From assembly GCA_000146465.1 (NCBI GenBank), contig CP001952.1: 64,000 bases of DNA. One strand, written 5' to 3'. The first letter of the stretch is position 1. Every line of letters begins with the position of its first letter. A program made the position numbers and the translations under genes. Below are positions 10,265 through 19,592 of this stretch, one piece after another. Below the pieces are notes generated by a model. The model made no database searches and had not been told where the DNA came from. It saw only the letters and a program-made list of their open reading frames with translations.

Positions 10265-11092
10265 TTAATGGAGAAATTCTACCACGACATCTTCGTACCG
10301 CTGATTCCCTTCTTTGCTTAGGAACAGGTGTTCAAAGCATTTCCTACAAATAAATTTTTTCTTCTCTGGAAGAATAGGATCATTAGCTATCTTTAGTACC
10401 GCATTATTTTTTAGGCAGCATTTACACAACTGTGCTCTTCCATGGAGATGTTTTACAGACACATATGACCCCATTCTTCTTTGCGAAAAGAACATTCTTG
10501 TGATCCGGATTGAATTCAGAAATCTCCCGTCATGAAAATAGATTTCCTTTGATATATCCTTTATGCATTTATCAGCCTTAAAATCCCATTTTTTAATATC
10601 AAATATCTTCAATTGAAACATCATGGTGGCAAACTTTATAGAACTTTCGTCAATATTTTTCAAGTAAATTGTCTTTTCTATCACAAAAAACACTTTGCTT
10701 GTCAGATTATTACTCCCAGTGAGTAGAGCTGCCAAATCCGAAAGAAGAGCCTCACCAGACATAGTGAATATTGCTATTACCTCTTCACCCAAAAAACATT
10801 GGGCCTCGTAGTAAATATTTTCAGGGTTGTCCGTTTCTGTGAACGAACGATTGCATTCTCCAACTACAGAAGTATCTTCATATACATATTCCTTACCAAA
10901 TCCCTCTATAAACTCTTTAGGATACAATATCTTGTGGTTGGTAGAAAAAGTTCGATCCCATGGAATTGAATATATTCTCTCGGTTACAATCAAATTGTAT
11001 GCTTTCTTACTGGAGATTTTCCCTCGTTCCTTCCATTCTTTTGGAAATACTTCCAGTGCTCTTCGAATTCTATCCATATAATTTTTCTCCAT
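10265..11092 (-). CDS. Hypothetical protein with C-terminal Cys/His-rich zinc-binding region, possibly SNAPC3/SNAP50-like
   Basis: ORF 10265..11131 begins with TTG. The first ATG is at 11092 (MEKNYMDRIRR...). The C-terminus is HLHGRAQLCKCCLKNN...FICRKCFEH. The FFVIEKTIYLKN segment resembles the SNAP50 core. The family assignment is tentative. Confidence 0.45.
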   Translation of the reverse strand: MEKNYMDRIRRALEVFPKEWKERGKISSKKAYNLIVTERIYSIPWDRTFSTNHKILYPKEFIEGFGKEYVYEDTSVVGECNRSFTETDNPENIYYEAQCFLGEEVIAIFTMSGEALLSDLAALLTGSNNLTSKVFFVIEKTIYLKNIDESSIKFATMMFQLKIFDIKKWDFKADKCIKDISKEIYFHDGRFLNSIRITRMFFSQRRMGSYVSVKHLHGRAQLCKCCLKNNAVLKIANDPILPEKKKFICRKCFEHLFLSKEGNQRYEDVVVEFLH

Positions 11093-11111
11093 TAACAGGG
11101 CCTTCCACCGA

Positions 11112-11612
11112 ATGATTGTAAAGGCTGTCAACCACGATGATCTCTATGTAGACGGCCAGTTCCAAAACTTAGAGGATCTAAAATCCAAGATATACCAAAG
11201 ATATGGCATCCCCATAAACTCACAGCACATAATATTTAATGGCAAGTTTTATGTTTTAGGAATATTCAATGCTCCATTGGAAACTTCCTCAGACACATAT
11301 TCTAACCCTCTTGGATACTTTGGACTTCCAGACAGTCTTTTCAACAATCTTGCATCCGACGGTATAACACCCAGTGAAATTAGGGCATTCGCCTTTCCCC
11401 ATAAAGAGGACTTAAATGATGAAGAAAGCCCGAGCCTATCCGAAGTTTTAGATATAAAAACTGTTGCAAAGCGGATTCTTGAAGTTCAATACAATGAAAT
11501 TCATGGAATATCGGAGAGTTTAAACGAAGAAGAAAAGGCTGCAATTGTAAAAAACCCTGGCGAATATGTTGAGCTAGTTTTGAAGCACACTGGTGGTCTC
11601 CCTTTTCTTTAG
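11112..11612 (+). CDS. Ubiquitin-like domain protein
   Basis: The N-terminal ~75 aa have a ubiquitin-fold pattern (MIVKAVNHDDLYVDGQFQNLEDLKSKIYQRYGIPINSQHIIFNGK). ATG at 11112. Confidence 0.5.
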   Translation: MIVKAVNHDDLYVDGQFQNLEDLKSKIYQRYGIPINSQHIIFNGKFYVLGIFNAPLETSSDTYSNPLGYFGLPDSLFNNLASDGITPSEIRAFAFPHKEDLNDEESPSLSEVLDIKTVAKRILEVQYNEIHGISESLNEEEKAAIVKNPGEYVELVLKHTGGLPFL

Positions 11613-11614
11613 TT

Positions 11615-12298
11615 CTAAATACTAGGATTCTCTATTGACAATATTGCAAAAGACACAACTGCATCGTACGATAATCCTCCAGGAATATTAGGCTGTAGAA
11701 AGCCCTCTGGTAAATAAATTTCCTTCATAGACTTTTCTATTATTCTTGGAAGTTCTTCTGGATCAAAGTAATCATTAGCAATACCAGTTTTTTGTGTCTT
11801 GGCCTCGCTTTTCTCGTCCAAGCTCCCGATTTGCCTTTTTCTCGCTGGAAGTATGTTCTTTCCCTTATTAGGGCCAACCTTTGGAACAGGATTGAGAATA
11901 GAATTATGTCCCATTTCTTGAATCTCTCTTATTCTCTCTTTTACAAGAGATTCGGTTTTGAAGCTCAAAATCTCAAACACAAGCTCTTCAAATCTTTCAA
12001 GATAATTGTTATATTTGACAACATCCCCATCAAACTCCTCTTCTTCTCTCCCAAAGACCCTTAGAAGAGTCCTCCTGATCTTGCATTCCTTTTCAACAAT
12101 TATATCCTCAAAAGTTGGCTTAATATAGTTTATCTTTCTTAGTACCGTTCCGCATTCAGGGCAAGGTGCCTGTCCCCTACTAAATATCCTAAGCATACAG
12201 GATTCGCACATCTTATGAAAGCAAGGACCTATGTATATCACTATATCCGGATTCAAATAGATATCGCTCTTACATACAGGACATCTCCTTTCTTCCAT
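11615..12298 (-). CDS. TFB3: CDK-activating kinase assembly factor MAT1 / TFIIH subunit Tfb3
   Basis: RING CPVCKSDIYLNPDIVIYIGPCFHKMCESCMLRIFSRGQAPCPECGTVLRK followed by a MAT1-type helical region (...NNYLERFEELVFEI). Confidence 0.85.
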   Translation of the reverse strand: MEERRCPVCKSDIYLNPDIVIYIGPCFHKMCESCMLRIFSRGQAPCPECGTVLRKINYIKPTFEDIIVEKECKIRRTLLRVFGREEEEFDGDVVKYNNYLERFEELVFEILSFKTESLVKERIREIQEMGHNSILNPVPKVGPNKGKNILPARKRQIGSLDEKSEAKTQKTGIANDYFDPEELPRIIEKSMKEIYLPEGFLQPNIPGGLSYDAVVSFAILSIENPSI

Positions 12299-12367
12299 TC
12301 AGGGTGGAGGAAAGAGAAATTTATTTGATATAAGAATAGACATATTGATAGTGCAATATAATTTTAT

Positions 12368-12580
12368 TCAAGCTCCATATTCCTCAGTTCTTATCTTTTC
12401 AAGGAGAAGATTATCTCCCATCCCAGACCTTCTAACCGCCCCGCTTATGTCGTAAATGGTTGTCTCCCCTGTCACCTGGCCATATTGATCCAGCGTAGCT
12501 AACACAATCTGAACTGATCCCTTGTCGGATGATGGAATCGGCGTCTTTCCTAATGAGCAAATTCTTCGTTCAAAAGCCAT
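12368..12580 (-). CDS. RPS21: 40S ribosomal protein eS21
   Basis: RRICSLGKTPIPSSDKGSVQIVLATLDQYGQVTGETTIYDISGAVRRSGMGDNLLLEKI aligns with eS21 ([33 protein letters not shown]...[22 protein letters not shown]). Confidence 0.6.
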   Translation of the reverse strand: MAFERRICSLGKTPIPSSDKGSVQIVLATLDQYGQVTGETTIYDISGAVRRSGMGDNLLLEKIRTEEYGA

Positions 12581-12652
12581 TTTAGGGTTCGGTATTTTTA
12601 TATTTTAAATAATTCCAAGTAGATAGAACATATTTTACAAGACACTATGTAA

Positions 12653-13381
12653 TCATCTTTTTGTACCCATTTCGCTAGATATCATGCAGAAGTCCATCTT
12701 CAATGAAGTTCCCCCAACCAAAAACCCATCGACCTCCTCAACATCAAGAACGGACTGGCAATTCAACATTGAAACCGAACCTCCATATATTACACGCCCT
12801 TCGAAACCCACGCTTTCTCCCCACTTCTTAACATTGGAAACTACTTCCCTAATTTGGTCATTTGTAGGAATTTTCCCTGTTCCTATGGCCCATACAGGTT
12901 CATATGCAATATCAATTCCATCTCCCTTGACATCCTCTCCTAACGAAAGGAGTTGATCTTTTATCACATCCAAATATTTTCCTTGTTTTCTGCACTTTTC
13001 TTCCTCTCCTATGCATAGAATAACTTTCAGTCCTTGGCTTCGGGCATTTCTGATCTTCTTTGCTATAACTTCAGATGTCTCTCCAAACCATCTACGTCTC
13101 TCGGAGTGTCCAATTATTACATATTCAGCTCCCATTTCTTTTATCATTGAAGCAGAGACTTCCCCCGTATATGGGCCTCCCTCAAACTGACTACAATCTT
13201 GTGCTCCAACCTTTATATATTCAGGAAACATTTTCTTTGCAAAATAAATATAAGGAAAAGGTACGGCAATAAATGTATCGTTACCTGAAAAGAAGTTCTG
13301 CCGGAAGTTCTTGGCTATCTCTAAGGTCTTTAGTGATGGGTTCATCTTCCAATTTCCTCCAAGTAGTTTATTTTTCTTCAT
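12653..13381 (-). CDS. TPI1: Triosephosphate isomerase
   Basis: GGNWKMN, IIGHSERR, AYEPVWAIGTGK and GGSV motifs. The listed ORF start 13405 is TTG and the first ATG is at 13381. Confidence 0.9.
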   Translation of the reverse strand: MKKNKLLGGNWKMNPSLKTLEIAKNFRQNFFSGNDTFIAVPFPYIYFAKKMFPEYIKVGAQDCSQFEGGPYTGEVSASMIKEMGAEYVIIGHSERRRWFGETSEVIAKKIRNARSQGLKVILCIGEEEKCRKQGKYLDVIKDQLLSLGEDVKGDGIDIAYEPVWAIGTGKIPTNDQIREVVSNVKKWGESVGFEGRVIYGGSVSMLNCQSVLDVEEVDGFLVGGTSLKMDFCMISSEMGTKR

Positions 13382-13546
13382 TTCTGGGTCCTGGAGAATA
13401 AACAATTTCGAACAAATTATAAACGTATGTCAATAAGACGTGTATCAAAGAACTTTTTATTTTATACAACAAGCCAATATCAGAATTCTCTTTTTTAGGT
13501 ACAATGTCTTGAGCCAAATATAAAATTTTTAAAACCTAGTCCCAAA

Positions 13547-16500
13547 ATGGAACAGATTCTGGAGTTAGACAAGGATCTCAACATTGACATCTTTGACGAG
13601 GTTGTGATGAATGCAAACTGCCCAGATAACAGAAAGAAGGAGGAGGCCGAGAAGGTACTACTGAAATTCAAGGAACTTCCAAACTCATGGACGAAGGTGG
13701 ATTACATCTTAAACAACAGTAAACACCAGGAAAGTCATTATGTGGCGTTACAGCTTCTAGAAGGAATGGTAAAGACAAAGTGGTCGTTATTTGATGAGGG
13801 GATGAAGCAGGGCCTCAGAATGTATGTATTCCAGCTGGTGGTTGAGAAGTCTAAGACCAAAAGCAAGGAAAACTATGTTTTGCAAGAGCTGAACACCATT
13901 CTTATCGAGATTGCAAAGAAAGATTGGCCCCGACGATGGCCTACCTTTATAACAGATCTTATCAATGTGTCTCAAGGAATAAGTATGGAAGTATGCAGAA
14001 ATAGCCTTAATATTCTCAAACGTCTCAATGAGGAAGTCTTTATATTTTCTGAGGACAGTATTACAACTGTCAGAAAGAGAGTCCTAAGAAATCAGCTAAA
14101 GATTGAGTTCCCGCAAATATTTGGGTTTATAAAGACAATTCTTGAGTACTCTCGGAATTCCGAGATGGACGAGAGTCTCCTTGAAACAACACTTGAATCA
14201 TTCCAGTGTTTCTGTGAGTCCATGCCTCTTAACTTTATCTTTCTCACAGAGATAATCGACTTGGTTCTGGAACACTTAAATTCCATGCACAGCGTTGCAT
14301 GTCTGAGTTGCTTGATTGAAATTGTCGACCTAGGAAGGAACAGAAGCCTTTCTAGGACTCATGACATAGAAAGTGCAGAAAAGGAAAAGATTCTTATTAT
14401 TCATAAGAGATGCATTGAGTTTCTCAAAATGTATTTTAATAAGTTCCAGGAGGAGAGGATTTATGAAGTGTACGGAGGTATGGACAAGTCAGAGAAAGTT
14501 TTTGTCCTTAAATTTGCCCAACTCTTGTCGTCTTTCTATGAAGTCTACATAGACTTACTAGAAGCCAAGGATATTGTAAATGCAAAGGCAGGGCTTGGCT
14601 ATCTTATACAAATATCCAAGATAAACAACACAAACATCTTTTCGATTGCTTTTGAGATGTGGAATAAGTTTGTGTTTGACTTATACTCGGAGTTTCCATT
14701 TACTAGCCAGGATTCCTCGAAGAGATTGAGAAGATCTAATTATACCAGTATTTTGAACCAACTAATGGGAACTCTTGTTGACAAAATGCCCCGGCCAGAA
14801 GAAGTGTTTATTGTGGTTGACGAGTACAACCAGGTAATAAGGAAAAAAATGACTGACACAGACCAAATAGAATTCTACAGAAAGATGAGAGGATGCTTAT
14901 ATCACCTGGCTTTTCTTATTGAGGAAGACATGAAGAAGTATTTTATAAGTAAAGTTGGACTTCAGCTTGATGATAAAGAATGGGACTGTAATTATCTAAA
15001 CAAGCTGTGCTGGGCCATCGGCTCTATATCTGGTGCGTTTTCGGAGGTCAACGAAAGGGAGTTTTTTGTTAACATCCTTAAGCATCTGCTGGCATTGTGC
15101 GAGATGAAGTCCTTTAAAACAGACAAGGCAGTCATAGCTTCTAACATCATGTTTATAATTGGCCAGTATCATCGGTTCCTTCTTCACAACAAAAGCTTTT
15201 TGAAAACCGTGGTAAAGAAGCTTTTTGAGTTTATGGATGAAGACCATGAAGGAATTAAGGACATGGCTTGTGATAATTTCTTTAAAATAGTAGAGAAGTG
15301 CCCTGTAGAGTTTCTCACTCAAAGAGAAAATGACGAGATTTTCATTGTCTACATATTGAAGAATCTTTCAGTAATCACTGGAACCTTGGAGTTTTATCAG
15401 AAGAGAATTGTTTATGAGGCACTTCTTATGGTCATACGGGAGGTTCCCAAAACAAGGGATTATAAGTCTAGAGTCCTAAGCTATGCAGATCTCCTTCTTT
15501 CTTCTCTTCTAAACTTTAATATTCTAGCCGATGAGTATATAAACAGACTCCCCAGCATGATATCCAATGTAGAAGAGGCCAAGATGGTTTCACATGTCCT
15601 AAAGTCGCATGCACTAACTTATAGGCTTCTTCCAGAAACATGCTCTTCCAGTTGCATCCAGATATTTCCAAAGTTCTTTGCAATCTTTGATATCTGCAAC
15701 TCTATAACACTTGAAAGGAAAGAAGGAACAGCATTTAACAATGCCAAGGCAGTGAAAATGGAAATAATCGAGCTGTTTACTACCGTAATCGACTCCAAGT
15801 TTGTACAGGACGGCTTTGTAAATACGGTCTGCGAGAAAATTATTTTTGACTATAAGACTAACTCAGTCTACAAGGAACCTGCAATATTGGCTTTGGGTTC
15901 AAGCATAGTGCGGAATGTAGAGAATGATGGATCTGTTATATACCTGCAAAGAGAAGCATTTATGATTTCATCTTTGATCGAGCCATCCATTCCCTTTGTA
16001 ATGCAGGCAGATGAAAATCTGGAGATCTCTAAAAACTATCTTTATCTTATAGAGAGCATGCTTCAGTTTTCCTTCAGCTCGTTCTTTTCATCTCTGTTTG
16101 GGCAACCCTCTTTTCGCCAAGTATACAATACTCTTCTGTATTCTCTAATCTGTATAAGAGATGTCTCGGATTTGTCTTTGAACTGTCTAACCATCCTCTT
16201 TAAGAAGTGCTATGAGCAGAAGATCTTCCAGTTTTATACGCAGAACTACATGTCCACTCTTGAAAACATCCTGGGAATAATATTTGACAAGGATATGAGA
16301 TACAACTTTGATCAGCAGTGTCTTCTCCTTTCCTTTATGATTCGCATAAGCAAGGACATCCCAAGTCTCGATGGCATTAACTCTAATATCAATATCCTTT
16401 CGGAATACATCGTCGGTCTATTTGTAAAATCGTTTCCAAACATAACTCAAGAGTCTGTAAAGATATTTTCCGTAGGACTATTTGAGTTATGTGGAGACGA

Positions 16501-16621
16501 CGAGGTCTTTAAAGAACATGTGGAGGACTTTAGAGTCAAGGTTTATGAGTTTGGCACAGATGAAGATCTTCAAGAAGAAATTGATCTCAAGGATGAAAGA
16601 ATCAGAAGATGCAGAAATTAA
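13547..16621 (+). CDS. CRM1: Exportin-1 (CRM1)
   Basis: The N-terminus aligns residue by residue with CRM1 (…WTKVDYIL…YVALQLLEGMVKTKW…LNTILIEIAKKDWPRRWPTFITDLINVSQ…LNILKRLNEEVFIFS). Confidence 0.85.
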   Translation: MEQILELDKDLNIDIFDEVVMNANCPDNRKKEEAEKVLLKFKELPNSWTKVDYILNNSKHQESHYVALQLLEGMVKTKWSLFDEGMKQGLRMYVFQLVVEKSKTKSKENYVLQELNTILIEIAKKDWPRRWPTFITDLINVSQGISMEVCRNSLNILKRLNEEVFIFSEDSITTVRKRVLRNQLKIEFPQIFGFIKTILEYSRNSEMDESLLETTLESFQCFCESMPLNFIFLTEIIDLVLEHLNSMHSVACLSCLIEIVDLGRNRSLSRTHDIESAEKEKILIIHKRCIEFLKMYFNKFQEERIYEVYGGMDKSEKVFVLKFAQLLSSFYEVYIDLLEAKDIVNAKAGLGYLIQISKINNTNIFSIAFEMWNKFVFDLYSEFPFTSQDSSKRLRRSNYTSILNQLMGTLVDKMPRPEEVFIVVDEYNQVIRKKMTDTDQIEFYRKMRGCLYHLAFLIEEDMKKYFISKVGLQLDDKEWDCNYLNKLCWAIGSISGAFSEVNEREFFVNILKHLLALCEMKSFKTDKAVIASNIMFIIGQYHRFLLHNKSFLKTVVKKLFEFMDEDHEGIKDMACDNFFKIVEKCPVEFLTQRENDEIFIVYILKNLSVITGTLEFYQKRIVYEALLMVIREVPKTRDYKSRVLSYADLLLSSLLNFNILADEYINRLPSMISNVEEAKMVSHVLKSHALTYRLLPETCSSSCIQIFPKFFAIFDICNSITLERKEGTAFNNAKAVKMEIIELFTTVIDSKFVQDGFVNTVCEKIIFDYKTNSVYKEPAILALGSSIVRNVENDGSVIYLQREAFMISSLIEPSIPFVMQADENLEISKNYLYLIESMLQFSFSSFFSSLFGQPSFRQVYNTLLYSLICIRDVSDLSLNCLTILFKKCYEQKIFQFYTQNYMSTLENILGIIFDKDMRYNFDQQCLLLSFMIRISKDIPSLDGINSNINILSEYIVGLFVKSFPNITQESVKIFSVGLFELCGDDEVFKEHVEDFRVKVYEFGTDEDLQEEIDLKDERIRRCRN

Positions 16622-16667
16622 ACCAGCTTGTTGCTTTTAATACACTGTATCCAAAAGGCTCGGACAT

Positions 16668-17231
16668 CTACTCACAAACTATTAGAAAAATTACAGTTGA
16701 TATAATTAACAAACAACAATAAATGCTAGATCCGCGAAGATCGAGATCTCTGGCTCTTTCTATTAGATCTCCAATATCTCCATTGTTGTGTATAACCTCC
16801 TGGGCGAGCTCGATTTTTTTTTCTATGGGGAGCTGTAGGGCCAACCGCTCTTTCAGATACTTTAATGTTCTTCCCCTTTCTATCTGGAGTTCTTCATCAC
16901 ATGCAATCACTATTGTGTAAAAATAACGGTGAAGATTTAACTCAAACAACAATGGAATCTCGACAAATATGACTCCATGGCCTGCCAACAGCAAATAAAT
17001 TATATTTTTCATTGTCTCTATGTATATCTTTGGCCTTATTCTTTTTTCGTGAGCTTCCTTGAAGCCCGGGTCGGTAAAGAACTTCTGAGATATAGTCTTC
17101 CTGTCTTCGCTCTTCAGCATCTTATGGACTATCCTGTCACAGTTGACAGTCCCATAACCTTGCCCTCTCAAGATGTTTAAAAAAGTCGTTTTTCCAGTTC
17201 CGGTGTTTCCAGTTATAGCAATAATTCTCAT
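16668..17231 (-). CDS. Dephospho-CoA kinase (CoaE) with C-terminal hydrophobic tail
   Basis: P-loop IIAITGNTGTGKTT and DCDRIVH are typical of CoaE. First ATG at 17231. The C-terminal 20 aa (SSIYCCLLIISTVIFLIVCE) are hydrophobic. Confidence 0.75.
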   Translation of the reverse strand: MRIIAITGNTGTGKTTFLNILRGQGYGTVNCDRIVHKMLKSEDRKTISQKFFTDPGFKEAHEKRIRPKIYIETMKNIIYLLLAGHGVIFVEIPLLFELNLHRYFYTIVIACDEELQIERGRTLKYLKERLALQLPIEKKIELAQEVIHNNGDIGDLIERARDLDLRGSSIYCCLLIISTVIFLIVCE

Positions 17232-17324
17232 TCCCAAGGGACATCATCTGCATAAGTAAATAAATAGTAACCCTCAAAGCTTTTAAAAGAAGTTTTTAAG
17301 TTAAATTTAATATACTTCAATTAA

Positions 17325-19421
17325 TCATCTGATTCCTCTTTTGTCCTTAAGTTTGTTTATCTTAAGTCTTTGAAAATCTAGAAGAACTGACAATCCCTTG
17401 GTATCATTGAGTGCAAAGTCCTCAATGTTGTTGATGTATGCCATTAGAATCTCCAGGACTTGGATTTCCTCATCATTTAAGTCATTGGGCTCCAAGCACA
17501 TCATTGCCATGTATGCAAAGTTCTGGTAGACGGGCTTAAATTCGTCTTTAGCCATCACTAGGACTCTTTCAAGAAGAGCAACAAGTATGGAAGATGCGAG
17601 ATGTTCTAAGCAAGATATTTCAACATTGGAAACAAAGGTCTCCAGGTTTGACTCAGATCCCTTGACGGCAATCTCGGCTGCCTCCTCAATCAGCCCTTCA
17701 GAAATAAGCCCTTTGATTTCGTTCTGCTTATTAAAGGAACTATGGAGGCAATCCACGGCTTTTTTAACATTTTTAAGATGATCTTCATTATGAATAAGCC
17801 TTATCTCATTGATCACCTGGATCCTCATTTCATCCATTGCTGCTTCTACTGCTGGCACTAAGGTCCCAAGAATAATCTTCTTAACACAATCCAAAATCTT
17901 AGACTCGTTAGATAAATCACTTTTAAGCTTGGATTCGAGACCGTTCAAAATTCCTATTATCCTTTCCAGTTCCCCTCCAGATAACTCTTGTGATCCTGAA
18001 TTCCTTTGCGATTCCCCAGGCCTAGCTGATATTTCTATCAGTTTTCGGAACCGCTCGCTATTGTCTCTTTCAATCCTATCCATCTTCTTCTCAATTTTCT
18101 CTTGGACCTTCAGGATGGAATCTATCTTTTCACTCAAGAACTTAATCTCCCCACAATCACTCTTATCAGGTATATAAGGACTAAAATGGTCCATAGAAAA
18201 TTCTTCCTTAGTTAGAACGCTTTTTTCTTCCGTTGTCCTGTGTCCATCTTTCCCTTCTTCATGGCTCCCCAAGAATAAGTTTGGACAAGGAGAGCTATCA
18301 AGAAGAGGAAACTTTCCACTAGCCCGAGAATCATTCTTATTTGTTTTTACGTCTCCACCATCAAATGAAATGCTATCCATCATTTCCGGATTGCCCTCCG
18401 GAAGGCTATCTGGAATATTGGCTGAATCTTTTGAGGTTGTGTTAATATCATCAGCTTCTTTAGGAAAAGATGTCTCGTCAGCTATTATTTCAGATATTTT
18501 CACAACATTGTCCTTGAGGCAAAGACTTATATATAATGGAGACGTCTTTAGATCAACCTCTCTCTCCACAAATAGATTTCCATTGCATTCATTAATCAAA
18601 TACAAAACCTCTCCTACAACTACACCTACAGTATTACCTAACGGAAATACATTAGACACACGTTTAGACACTGGGATCTTTAGTTGGCTGATCAAGATAT
18701 ACTCTTCATCCAGCAAGAAAGCCCAGAGTTCTTTCTCCTTTCCATCCAAAACAAGAATCTTTCCTCCTATCTCGCACATTTGGTCTCCTTGAACCGGAAG
18801 TTCTTTTCCGTCTTCTCGGTGGAACCTAGACTCAACATTCATGAATAAAATCGAATTAACATAGAAAATACTGATGTTAAGCTTCGATTTTATTCCAGAG
18901 ACGCACATTCGTCCTCTAAGAGCTCCTCCATCTTCCACAACCATGTTTATGTACAGAAGCTCATTCTTGGTGGAAATGTAGAAGACTTTACCAGACTGCC
19001 TGGTGACTTGAAGTACATTTCTTGAAATCACACTCCTCTCTTCGGCAGGATACCCATTAATAAACAATGAATATTGGAGCTTGTTGGATGTGTCTAAAGT
19101 TATGAAATACATCTTGTCTCCACTTCTGTGGAATATTACTTTACGTAGAGGAAATGGAAGAAAAATATAAGGTGACACCTGCTTAGGGTTAAACATTAAG
19201 TCTCTTCCATCAAAAGTGCAGAAGTAGTAATCATTCCCAGCCTCTATAATAGGGCATGATGCAAACTTAGTGGGATCAACTTTGACTACAAACTCATACT
19301 CGACTTCAATCTTTGAAACGGATTCTTGTCCATCAGGCTTCTTCTGTTTAAACAATGCCTTGAGGTTTTCATTAGACATTCGTGTTTTCCTCCTTACTAC
19401 TTCTTCAATCATCCTGTCCAT
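17325..19421 (-). CDS. Hypothetical 698-aa protein: N-terminal beta-propeller-like region, Ser/Asp-rich linker, C-terminal helical domain
   Basis: Long ORF from an ATG whose composition matches neighbouring genes. No diagnostic motif. Confidence 0.45.
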   Translation of the reverse strand: MDRMIEEVVRRKTRMSNENLKALFKQKKPDGQESVSKIEVEYEFVVKVDPTKFASCPIIEAGNDYYFCTFDGRDLMFNPKQVSPYIFLPFPLRKVIFHRSGDKMYFITLDTSNKLQYSLFINGYPAEERSVISRNVLQVTRQSGKVFYISTKNELLYINMVVEDGGALRGRMCVSGIKSKLNISIFYVNSILFMNVESRFHREDGKELPVQGDQMCEIGGKILVLDGKEKELWAFLLDEEYILISQLKIPVSKRVSNVFPLGNTVGVVVGEVLYLINECNGNLFVEREVDLKTSPLYISLCLKDNVVKISEIIADETSFPKEADDINTTSKDSANIPDSLPEGNPEMMDSISFDGGDVKTNKNDSRASGKFPLLDSSPCPNLFLGSHEEGKDGHRTTEEKSVLTKEEFSMDHFSPYIPDKSDCGEIKFLSEKIDSILKVQEKIEKKMDRIERDNSERFRKLIEISARPGESQRNSGSQELSGGELERIIGILNGLESKLKSDLSNESKILDCVKKIILGTLVPAVEAAMDEMRIQVINEIRLIHNEDHLKNVKKAVDCLHSSFNKQNEIKGLISEGLIEEAAEIAVKGSESNLETFVSNVEISCLEHLASSILVALLERVLVMAKDEFKPVYQNFAYMAMMCLEPNDLNDEEIQVLEILMAYINNIEDFALNDTKGLSVLLDFQRLKINKLKDKRGIR

Positions 19422-19592
19422 GAGGGCTTTTCTTCCTTCAGAAAAAATCTTTTGTATAGAACATTTATTATTAGAAATCCTTCTAAATCTATGATGTAAT
19501 GTAAGGCCGTGGCTTTCCTACAGATCCAGGAAAGATATAAACATAAACAATATCAAACCATAGATCTAAATATTTACTTGGGGCTAATAACA

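Noticed and set aside
12368-12660. Searched for a 5' mini-exon plus intron upstream of the eS21 gene, whose protein is N-terminally short relative to eS21 homologues
   Set aside because: No GTAAGT or other plausible splice donor was found upstream. Microsporidian proteins are commonly shortened, so the ATG at 12580 was accepted.
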